This document shows, piece by piece, positions 33,550 to 44,700 of a DNA stretch of 64,000 nt. The notes under the pieces were generated by a model that saw nothing but the letters and a program-made list of their open reading frames with translations, was not told the DNA's origin and did no database searches. The position numbers and the translations under genes are program-made. Positions within the stretch are counted from its first letter, which is position 1. Every line of letters begins with the position of its first letter. The stretch is from Podarcis muralis (Eukaryota), in contig NC_135669.1 in the NCBI RefSeq assembly GCF_964188315.1, positions 16,554,001-16,618,000 on the forward strand. The letters run 5' to 3'.

Positions 33550-33740
33550 GCAGGAACATAGGCAGCTGCCTTACAGAGTCAGATCATGGGTCCATCTAGC
33601 TCAGTATTGTCAACACAGACAGGCAGCAAGAATCTCTCCAGGTTTTGGCATGGGGGTATCTCCCAGCCCTACCTCAGGCTGCTGTGGGTTGAAGCTGGGA
33701 CTTTTTGAATGCAAGGCAGAGGCTCTACCACTGAGTGATG
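33550..33740 (-). mobile_element. tRNA-derived SINE
   Basis: Minus-strand head CTCAGTGGTAGAGCCTCTGCCTTGCATTCAAAAAGTCCCAGCTTCAACCC and tail ...CTATGTTCC; related copies near 11480-11540, 14260-14410 and 59910-60200. Confidence 0.6.
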
Positions 33741-34559
33741 GCCCTGATACTGCAAGTGAATTAAAAACCAAACACTTCCCTCTACTGTTTTTCCAGAGTG
33801 GACCACCAAACTTATTAATTTGGAAGACTTTTATTCTGCCTTTCAATTTATCAAAAATCCCAAGGAAGCTTCTAAATGTAGAGCTAAAATACAAACATAA
33901 AGGTGTATAAATGTAAAAGCACAAAAATAAAAGCATAAAATACAGAAAGGCGGCATAAAATTAAAATCCAAATCAATTTAAAGCACTAGATGAACTGCTT
34001 TTGCCCACACTGTTTGAAATCAAACCATGCAGGCAAAGGCACATCCAGAAAAGTACTAACACAGTCCCATAAACAGTGCTTCATAAGACCAGACAATCAG
34101 CTTACTCTTGGGATTTGAAAGCCCATATGCACAGGACTGATCAGCTGTGCTTGCAAACCCGCTTTCGACTCAGCCCTGTTTTACCTGCCCCATATAGCTT
34201 GGCAGAAGCACTGGAACGTCTTTTTCTGTCTGTGTCCACCTTTGCCCTCCATCTCCCTTTAAGCTTTCTCCCCGTTTTTAATTATTTATAAAGCACTCAC
34301 ATTATAAAATATCAGGGTGGTGTACAAAAAACAAGGATAAGTATAAAATGTATACCAAGAATAATAAAGTTGATATGGATGACAACAGAAAAGTTCAGTC
34401 AGAAAAGGCTTGGGCAAATAGAAAGATCTTAAGCACACACCTGAAAGATTAGATTGTTGGGGTATACCATATCTTAACATATCCCACGTTAAAGGGACTG
34501 CCCATAAGAGGAAAACCTTCCATAATTTTGCTTGCCATTTGCCTTTTATCATAATTAAC

Positions 34560-35260
34560 ACTTCCTTTTTCTGGAAAAGTTCAGGCTTTGTCTCTATTAT
34601 TTCTGCTCAGGTACCTTAGGGCACTCTGCTCACCAGACTAAGGTTCCTAATGTTGTGCATGCTGTGCTTCTGTGGATTTGATAAACATACTAGTTTCTTG
34701 GCCAGCTCTACTTGCTCAACAGCCTGTCCTCTGCCACAACAGAACCAGGGCTGCAAAAAACAGGTACCCCAAGCACTAGAGTAATCTCACCCATCATTAA
34801 TATTCCAAAACAGCTTATTCCATGAAAACAGAAAAGTAAGTTTTAGACAGACATGCAGACACAATTCCATGCAGTGCGTTCCAGTCAATAAATTTAGTTG
34901 TCATATTTTGCATCAGTTTATGTTTATGTGTAGTCTTCAAAGGCAGCTCCTAGAAGTGCTGCAGTAATCCAAGTTATATGTTACCAGGTCACAGACAATG
35001 GTTACCAGGTGCAGTAGGTGCATCAGCCCAAGTTGCTGAAAGGCTTGTGCTAGATGCCATCTGGGCTTCCAGCATAAGGCTGCATCTAACCAAGACATCC
35101 CCAAGATGCAAACTTTTACAGGAGGAATGGATGAGAAAAGGGAACAGCCACCATGTGGTTGATTAGATGAACTGGCCCTCTTCTTATTACCGTTAAGTTT
35201 ATTAGCATCTGTCTGGTCCATGGCTACCGCAATTCCCCTGCTCATAACATCCTGTCTCAC
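34560..35260 (-). mobile_element. Old degraded L2-like LINE fragment
   Basis: Remnant LVTYNLDYCS motif on the minus strand; heavily decayed. Confidence 0.45.
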
Positions 35261-36679
35261 ATGAATCCTATATGAAAAGGATAGAGCTGAGTGTAAACAG
35301 CGTATTAGCGACTGCTCTTCTTCTTAAACAACAGAAAGAATGAAACACTCTTGTGGCACTCCATAGCACATATGCCATGGGGCAAAGTAAAAGTCCCCCC
35401 AAACAGCATGGGGAATCTGAGCTGAGGCCAAATGCAACCCTCCAAGCCTTTCTACCCAGCCCTCATGCCACTCTCCTAACTGGTTCAGCTCTGTACCCTT
35501 CTTAAGTGCTTTTGTGTGGCTGGAATGTGTCCCTGAACTGTGATAATGCCTTTTGCTAGCATGGATGGAAGGATGGGTAATTTGTGGCTGACTGCTGGAA
35601 TGTAGCCTCTTGCACAGATGTAAGAGTTACAGCTGTTCTACGCACTTTTTGCTTCCTGCTCTGGGCACCACTGATATGTCATCTCTGCAAAACAATTGTC
35701 CATGAGCTGAAAAATGTCTCCCCCCACTTTTAAAAAAGTTTCCTTGCTTCTTTTAAGTTCCAAGAATAAATCTCATTCAGAGATTAAAAATCTGCTTTGA
35801 CATGTGATAATTTCACTGCAGTGTTGCTAGACAGCACTACTGTAGTTTGCTGCCATTTTTGTGTCCTCTCACAGGGACTTTGTAACAAAAGGATAAATTG
35901 TCTGGAAAAGTGAGCTAGTAGAGAGCAAAGTAGAATGAAGTTGAAATGGACAAGGCAGTACTCAGACTCCCCGCACAGATGTGGGACCACCTAAAATTAT
36001 AAACGGGTTACAGAGTCCTGCAATTTCAAGGATCCTTAACAAGAAGTCCTTTAAATGTCACCTCTTTTTAGCTAGGATCATCCCACTCTTTTTAGATTAT
36101 AAATGATCTTAGATCCAAGATTCAGCTGAAAGTCCTATGAGGTCCCCCAGCTACTTGCTTTTTAGAAGGGTTTATTCCTGGGACACAGTGAAGCAGCTTG
36201 CAGACATTTGTCCTGAGCAAGTGTGATAAGAGTATGGTCACATTTATCCCAGTTTTTCACAGCCCTCTGAAGGAGATCCCATATCTTACTTAAACAGTAT
36301 GACTTTCTAGAGCCTAAAAGGGCTTAGAAACCAGCAAGCAAAATCAATAAAGGAAAGTCCATCAAAATGGTTCTGATACAAGTCTGATGAAGTCAGCGGA
36401 GCTTTCCCTCTACTGAATTTAGGCCAAAGAATAATTAACAGAGATAACTTTACAATTGGGTAACTGCCGGCAATGGGCAGTCAGCCAAGCTGGAGGACTG
36501 GGCCAAGGACATTACATGGTTGCAAATGCTATTACGTACACTTTTTCAGAGTAAAATTTTTATCTAGTCACTTGTTACACCACTATCTAAGACTGTGTTA
36601 CAGGATACTTTACATTACATTTTATAATGAAGACAACTCTGTGTGAACAGCTGCCTATTAGTGTCTCTTCCTAAGTAGA

Positions 36680-37340
36680 ACAGGATCCCCAAGGATGTGC
36701 TTTAGGAGGAGCTTGCTTTCAGGCACTAGGCAGACCAATTCTGCATTACAAGGTAAAGGTAAAGGTACCCCTGCCTGTACGGGCCAGTCTTGACAGACTC
36801 TAGGGTTGTGCGCCCATCTCACTCAAGAGGCCAGGGGCCAGCGCTGTCCGGAGACACTTCCGGGTCACGTGGCCAGCGTGACATCGCTGCTCTGGCGAGC
36901 CAGAGCTGCACACGGAAACGCCGTTTACCTTCCCGCTAGTAAGCGGTCCCTATTTATCTACTTGCACCCGGGGGTGCTTTCGAACTGCTAGGTTGGCAGG
37001 CGCTGGGACCGAACAACAGGAGCGCACCCCGCCGCGGGGATTCGAATTCTGCATTACAAAGATGTCTGCAAATGTGACATGAAGGCTGACAACATTAACC
37101 TCGCCATATGGAAACCCTTGCAGACAACTGCAGTGCCTGGAGAGTGTCAGGTCATGAATCGCTGTGATGCATCTGCAGCAGCAAAACCAGATGCCTTCAT
37201 TTACCCCACCTGCAATAAAACATGTCTCTCTCGTATTGGTTTCTACAGCCACAACAGGTGCTGTAACTCTCCAACTGTTTGACTTTACCTCTGATGGTGA
37301 ACTCTTTCATTGTCTCTTGAGACAGACAGATGCCAACAAA
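36680..37340 (+). mobile_element. RTE-clade LINE 3' fragment, interrupted by a Sauria SINE
   Basis: RIPKDVL*EELA...(SINE)...KDVCKCDMKADNI...CNKTCLSRIGFYSHNRCC matches the RTE ORF C-terminus; 3' end GAGACAGACAGATGCCAACAA. Confidence 0.7.
36752..37044 (-). mobile_element. 5'-truncated Sauria SINE with 15-bp TSD
   Basis: (ACCTTT)n tail at 36752; truncated at box B; TSD AATTCTGCATTACAA at 36737-36751 and 37045-37059. Confidence 0.85.
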
Positions 37341-37859
37341 TGGGGGTCTGTGTGTTTTCCTAATACGCTGTGCTGTATGTAATATTAATGTAGTATACGA
37401 CGTAATGTATTTATGTATTTCTGTGCTATTGTCATACACACACATATATATTCCAACCTACAGTCCTCAGAGACCCTTTGGGTTACAAGTGACTAGTAAA
37501 GTTTAATTTAATAATTAATAAGGGGAGGGAGGCAATAGTTACGGTGGAGTTAACAGTTAGCCTGAGATAATTCTGTATACTTTAAGCGAATGTCTGAATT
37601 TAAAAAGTTTGGGATTGGAGCATGGCGCTATATATTAGGAGCTGCACTCCCTTTATTCTTCATTTCCATATATAAGTTTGTATTTATGAAAACAAACAAT
37701 CCAAATATTATCCAATTTCTTACCCCCTTTTCATCATGTGAACGCAGGAAGTATGACAACAATTTTAAAAAGTACAATGCTGAAATCAGTAGTAAAAGAA
37801 ATACAAACATATATATTGAGGTGCCAAAGGCTATTTGGCTAAAACAATAACGAATTTTA

Positions 37860-38780
37860 ATGCCGCGTAATATAAAACACCTTCCCGCGTGACGTGGTCT
37901 AGGCAGAGATGGGGCTAAATCGAGAAACGGCAGGATCTTGAGTCTCGGGTGTTTGTGGGGGTGCCTGGCACGTACCCCATACGGAGCCAGACAGGAAAGG
38001 CAATTGAAGGTGCAGAGGCAGTCAAGAGACCGGACGGGTCCCCCGATCCCGGGCGGAGGCTATTCGCATTCCACTCCTTCCGCCTGTGGACGGGTTCAGG
38101 GGAGTGCCGTGGCCCCATCCCTTCACCCTCCGAGAGGACAGCGGCGCGGCAGGGGTGACCCTTTAGTATAGATCCACACAACAAGGGAAGGAAAGGTCGT
38201 GAGGACGCAGGAAGAAACTTTTATCACGCTCGCCGCAGCGGCTCCCTCCCGCTCCCAAAGGCCGCCGGGCGCCCATCAACGTCGGCCCGGGCACCTTGGG
38301 CCCATACAATTCAAGGGCGCTTGCCCAAGCCGGACGTGGACCATTCGCCGCCGCCAACCCACCAACCGGCCGCGGTGGTTCCTCTGCACCAGCCGCGGGA
38401 AAAGTGGGCTAACCTGATAGTGGCTCCTCAGCGACCCGCAGCTTGGAGCTCCGCCTTGCGGAAAGCATTCTCCTCGGCTATTGGGCAAGGGGCACGCCAC
38501 TCTCCGGGCTCCTCCAATCCATATTGTCCGTGTCGACACAGGTAAGAGCTTCCGGTCAATCCCTGCCCCTCGCGCGCAGTTTCCTATGGTAACGCTTCTC
38601 TTTCTAAGCAGGGACGCCATCCGTGTTTGGCCTCCTTTACCTGTTTACCCGTCGGCCTCAGTCCCAAGCCAAGCTGCAGCGCACGCGCACTTCCCACTAC
38701 TGAAAGACCGGCGGCCTCCCAAGTTTGAATCACTTTTCCCGCCAAAAAGTAACGACGAGAAGGGGCTGCGCCTTTTGAGG
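37860..38780. promoter_or_regulatory. CpG island, probable SLC37A4 promoter / non-coding first exon(s)
   Basis: CpG-dense island ~5-6 kb upstream of the SLC37A4 ATG; minus-strand donor CAG|GTAAAG at 38641/38640; CCAAT boxes; RFX X-box-like GTTTCCTATGGTAAC at 38579-38593. Confidence 0.55.
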
Positions 38781-41765
38781 CAGCCATAGGCTGCGCTGAC
38801 AGCATTTTAAGTAGGAAGCACCTTGAGGAGAAGCTGAAGGAGGCCATAAATAAAATAAAATAAAATAAAACATAAAAATAAAAGAGTGCTGACTTTCTCC
38901 CCTTGGCCAGCCACTTCCACAGAGGAATGGTCACCAAGGCAACAGCCTCCCTGTCCCTCCTGTCAAAAATGAAACCCCAACTGAAGGCATCAAGCACCAC
39001 ACCAAACAAGGCCCCGCCTTTATGCTAGGAGTATTTAAAGTTTAGGAAAAACCATCTAACACACCCTTTTATATAGTGGGGGCTTTACATGAGACAGGAT
39101 TCCACACTAAAAAGAGGTTCAGGGACAAGGAAAAATCACAAGTAAAGGTAGCCAATATGGTAGTCATCAGATGTTGGACTGCCCTTGGGCTTAAGCCATT
39201 TGGGCTTAAAAGAATAGGGGCCTAACACCTGGAGGGCACCACACTTGACTACCCAAGCTCTAGAATGCATCCACCAATATGGAGGGGAAGGAAGCGAGAG
39301 GAAAGAAAAACTGCACTTAGGCACCATGGCCAATTCTCACTGCCCACACAGGAGGCCTGGATGGGTTTGGGATTACCAAACAGGCAGCCCCTCACCTTTT
39401 AGAAATCCATCACTGCAGCAGGTAGTAGGTGGCACTTTAGGATCCAATCCATCAGTTTGAGAGGGTAGCCAGTGTAGGTTCCACCAATTTTTATTCTTCC
39501 ATTTAAAAAGAGTGATTTTTTTTTTTAGAAAAGCAAGTTATTTTATTGAAACCATTTTCAAAAGGAGCAAATACATTTCAACTGAATGACTTAAAATGTG
39601 ATCACCACCCGCTTTCTCCTTTCCTCCCTCCAGAAAAAAAAGTTAACAGAACTGACCAACGAGCACCTGAACATTGATGTAAAACAAACAACTCCAGACT
39701 CCACAGCTAAGTAAGTGCCAATATGGCAGAGGGAACTTGCACAATTTCTGCAGAGCACACAAAGCTGGCAGCACAAGGTACTCTCTTGCCTACTGGCTTT
39801 CTGGATTAGGCTTAGTTGGGTTTTAGGCAGCAGCAGAGGAATGGAAGAGGGAACATTCCTCCTTCACTCCCAAATTACATTCCCATGACAGAGAAATTAA
39901 AACTTCTAAGCCTGCCCTGTTCAAAAGGGGAAAATTTTTAAGAAAAGACAGACACAGCACAAGACAAATTCAGGGAAATGTTTTTCAGGAAACCAAGATT
40001 TACATTCAAATTCCAATTACTTTATCAATGCTCACAGTAGAATGCACATTCTGCTCAAAACAGAGGTATGCAGAAACAGTTGCTTTGTTTTTAATAAGGT
40101 TTTAAACTCCATTTTCATCAAAATCCAAATATTCTATGCACATTTTAACAGAGGCAAAAACACCTGTGTGTGTGTATATATACACACAACTGGGAAAGAT
40201 GGCAAGCTTAACTTCCAAGCACAAGTATAAAGCTTGTTGAAATGAAGATGAAAGGGGGCATTACAATAGGCAGCACACAATTTAGTATTAATTTCTCACA
40301 TTTGCCTTGTTCTAGGAGCCTGTAGCATTTGGCATACCACTTCTGCCTGAATACTAGAGAAATAATTCCTCAAAGCTGCAAGTTAAGACAAAGACGTCTT
40401 GAAATTAATTCAAGAGAAGAACACATTTCCAAATTGATTTTAGGGACTAGGAGGCAGTGCTTAGGAATGAGTTGCTGAGCAATGATGTTAAAGAAAAAAG
40501 GGTCTCAGCATGGTCTACATAAGATATTCCTTTGAACAGTTTGGACATTGTGTGTAGAGGGGAAAACTGAAGTAAAAAGGGCTGGATGAAGTTTTTCCTC
40601 TACTTTGTGACATCTTTACATATTCTAGTTTATGTGCAGTTGGACTGATTTGTACTTCTGAAAACTGAAGTATCACAATTATTTGTCCTATAGCCAAAGC
40701 TGTCCCTACTACACTACTAGGTGGCCAAAGTGGAAAGTTCAGCTGCCAGTAGGGTGACTGAGCTAGTAAATAAAAGGTGCACACACAAAAATGTGCATTC
40801 ACCACCCAAGACAGCAAGCTTTGTAAGCCAGCTTCCCAAATCACCATATAACATCAGCAGTATTAGGAAATGGCAAGACTAAGAACAGTGCCCAGTGTTG
40901 CTGGGAAGGCAATTAGAAAGCAAATCTACAAACTTGAGGAGCAAATAAAATAGGTAAAGAAAACCTGTACCTTTCTGGGATAGATCAGACTTCCTGCTTT
41001 ATTACAACAGCATAGTTTCATGGGCCTCTTAGAAAATGACTGGCATTAGGGAGTTTTGCTAAAGGCAGTAACTGATAATAAGAATCAGGGATGCGTGTCT
41101 CATCAGTGGCCATCCCTGCTATGCTACAGCTGTCTGATAAATACTTCTGAAAGCAGAGTCGTATAGTTATCTGTTTGAGCATTTTGGGTTTCCTTCCAAG
41201 CATTGTCAACTTCTTTTACTCTCCACTCCTGTTTCATCCATTTCAGTTGCACAGACACCCCCAAAACAGTTTTCTAACTGTCCATCAACAGCCCAAGAGT
41301 AAGGATATAAAGGGACTTGCTCATTCAAGCCTAGTTGATGAACCATAACATGATGAGGCTGCAGCAGAAGGTTCCAATTTGATATTTCCAGTTGCAGACA
41401 AATAATGTTTCCAGAAGGTGAAGCATAGCCCAAAAAACTGCTGATCCCAACTGTCATTTCCTAGGACAGTTTTCAGGTAGATTTAACTCTACTGGTTAGA
41501 AGTGCAATTCAGGGGACAGTGCTGTGGAAAACACAGCAAGAGTGCCCAGTGAGCTCAAAGTCATTTTTAAAGAAAGGAAGAGACAAGACAACACACCAAA
41601 ATCAGCAACAAATAAATCCCCAACAGAAAGGAAAAAAATGTACAGCTCTATTGCATTTTGTTGTCAGTCTGTGCCATGTTCCACTAACCAGGTCCATCAT
41701 AAAAACAATGGAGTTAACTGTAAATAAATAGGTGTTGGTGCAAGGGGGGGTGGTTTAAGGAACTG

Positions 41766-44700
41766 TTATAATTCATCATTGGTTCTGGTGTCTTCCCTTG
41801 TTTCCGACCTCTTGTCAGTTTGTGGCCCTGAAAAGAGCAAGAGCAGAAAAACCGTAATGAATCAAAACTGTGCAGCATGGGCAACAACTTTCCAAATCAA
41901 GATAGTACCAGGGAAACATGTTCAGATACACAAAGAGTAAGAAAAATTCCTGCAACAGCAACAGGGTAGCAGGGTTAGAAAGCAAGAGCAGGCAGATAAA
42001 GCCATGGCTTGAGACTCAAACATATTAGCGGATGGAAGAGCATTTGGAATTGAAAAGTAAAGGGTTGCTACCTCTACAAATCCCAACCCTAACCCTGGAC
42101 GGTTCCAAAGGGATTTGGTTCTTCAAGATTCCCAGTGCCAACCCTCATGCAGTGCAGGGATGAGGTAAACAGGAAGTAAGAAAAGGGAAATTGGGGGGGG
42201 GGATACATTGCCATCCTTGAGATGCATGCTGCATAAAAATTCAGTCAGTTTTGTGGCACTTTAAACCCACACATTTGTGCCACTTAAATTCCCTACACAT
42301 GCTCTTGAGGCCCCTTCCTCCATCAGGACTGTTGAGATCACTTGGCGAGGAGCTTTTGCCAGGAGCACCCTTCCCCTGGGTTGGCAGGGCAAGGAGGAGA
42401 GAGCAAGCCTTGTCTGGGAATAACTCATCCCTCTGTATTACTGTCTTTTCTCCTTCCTCCCTGAATGTTGGGAATGCTCTTGGTGCCCCTTGAGCAACAC
42501 AGTGCCCAGTGTCTTTTCTGAAAGCAGCCACGTCTCCCCCTGTCTTGCAGCCAATTCCCAGGGTGGCATGGAGTTTCCCAGCATCACCTGTATGAATTGA
42601 CTACGGCTATTAAAATAGTAATTTGGATAACTTTTTTCCTTACATTGTTTCACATTGTGAATTTGAGGCCCACAATAGCATGGCTCCAGAATAAAAGGTT
42701 CCTGAATTCCCACTATGATGTGGTGAACCCAAGAAAAAGCAATCACATGGCCTAGGGAATTCCAATTCTCTCAGCCCAATATTTCCTTACCAGAGTTCTG
42801 GTCAGTGATCGAAATAAATTGATTCATTCCTTACCAGAGTCTGGTCCCAATTCATCATCCAGTGGTGCTTTTTCTTCTATGGGTGGTTCTTTGACTGGGC
42901 TAGCATCTTCTGGTTTATCTGGTTGGAAGGAGAGAAAAAGGTATCCATAGTTGCAGAGGTATGTGCAATGACCAAACTGGATGCACACCACATCACCCAA
43001 GAGAAATTTGAACCATTTACAACACATCTCATGGAGCAACCAACCAAAGGTTAGAAGAGGCAGCAAAGACTGAGGACCCTCTTTTACACCAAGCAGTCTT
43101 CCACAGGGCTAGTTTCAAACACCAGGGAATATGAACAGGGGAATTAGAAGACTACTGATGCTGCTGCGAGACCTTCTCACCTTTTTGATTCTCATCCTTG
43201 GGAGGAATGACCTTTTCACCCTCAGGAGGCACAGTGGTGTTCTTGCCCGCTTCTGTTTTTGTGGTGTTCTTCTTGGGGGGCCTGATCTTTGAAAACTTGG
43301 CTTTGTTGAGGAGGTATTGCACTTCCCTGTCCAGAGCTGCAATCTTCAGCTCAATGTCTTTGGAAAGCAGAATAGGCTTCTCGGCAGGTGACAGCTTGGT
43401 CTGTTCTGCCAGGGTCTCATTCTTCCACAACTAAAACAAACAAACCCAGGAAAACCTATTATCCTTAGGCTCCACCTGAGAAGACCAGCCTTGTTTGGTG
43501 CTGCTCATTACCAAGTGCCAATGGCCTTTTGACCAGACACAACTCCACTACTCAATGCAAAATCACTGCTTAAAAGCTCCACGTGGCCTCTGCTGAGCCC
43601 CATTTCTACAACCATCCATTCATTCGTTCATACCCCCCACTCCATAAAGTGAGCACAAGTTGTGGGCTTACTGTATTTTGGCAGGATTCTTAGGTTTACC
43701 TGTGAACTGAATCACAACATTCTAAGTAAAAAGACCAAAAGGGGTATCTTTTGGAGCCTAGAGCAGAAGGGACAAGACATGCACATGCATGAACGAACAT
43801 AGTTTGGATACTGAAAAGATTTTCTGCACTCCTTGTGACCCTTCTTACCGTTGTCTCGTTTATAACTTTTTCCAAGGTGCTTAGCTCCACTTCTGTGAAT
43901 AACTGATCAGCCTCCGGGATCATGCGAGCGCCCCTGAAAAAGTGAATGAGAAATGTGTCTCCCTCTTGCCCTGAAGCAGTTTTCACCAGTTGGTGTCACT
44001 GGCTCCTGTGCAGCCAACAACAACTGCTAAAGACAACACCTTCAGCTTTACTATTCTAGGAAAAGTGACAACTGGGACACAGGATGCAGCACAGAAATAT
44101 CTAGGCCATAACATTTCTAGCTAATTTCAACTGCTAAGTTTGACAACTATGTTAACAAGTGAGATGGACAACAGGTGAAACTTTGGGAGATGGTTACAAA
44201 GCGGGATTTTTTTTTCCAGTGACCATGAGTGCCAATTTCTTTTGCCTCAAAAATTTTTCCTTTCTATTTGGTGACAAAGATATGGAATCAGTAACTGAAG
44301 TTCTACACAAAAAAATGTAAAATATTGTTCCCAGTATGTATGACTATGGCAAAACCCCAGTATGTATGACTATGGCAAAATACCCAGTATGTATGTATGT
44401 ATGGCAAAAAACCCCAGTATGTATGACTATGGCAAAATACCAGCCCTCCATAAGAAAAGCAAACTCCACCACACCCTTATAGCAGCGTGCACATGTGTAA
44501 TTATCTTGGTCCTTGATATGCACCCTTACTTCCTTTCAAGGTAGCAGAGATTTGGAAAGCAACTCTCATGGGTAAGAGTTTAGCGTTTCATGCTAAGAAT
44601 CTCAACTTCTCACAAATGGGGACCATTTTCATATATAACTTTCAGCAAGAGGAAGCTGCAGTACTGGAACCTGTAGCTATTCTTCCATGAGTTCCACTAT

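Noticed and set aside
37871-38000. TATA box followed by a possible small Pol III/Pol II RNA
   Set aside because: The downstream sequence resembles no snRNA, tRNA, vault, Y or 7SK RNA I can recognise, and there is no clear PSE or T-run terminator.
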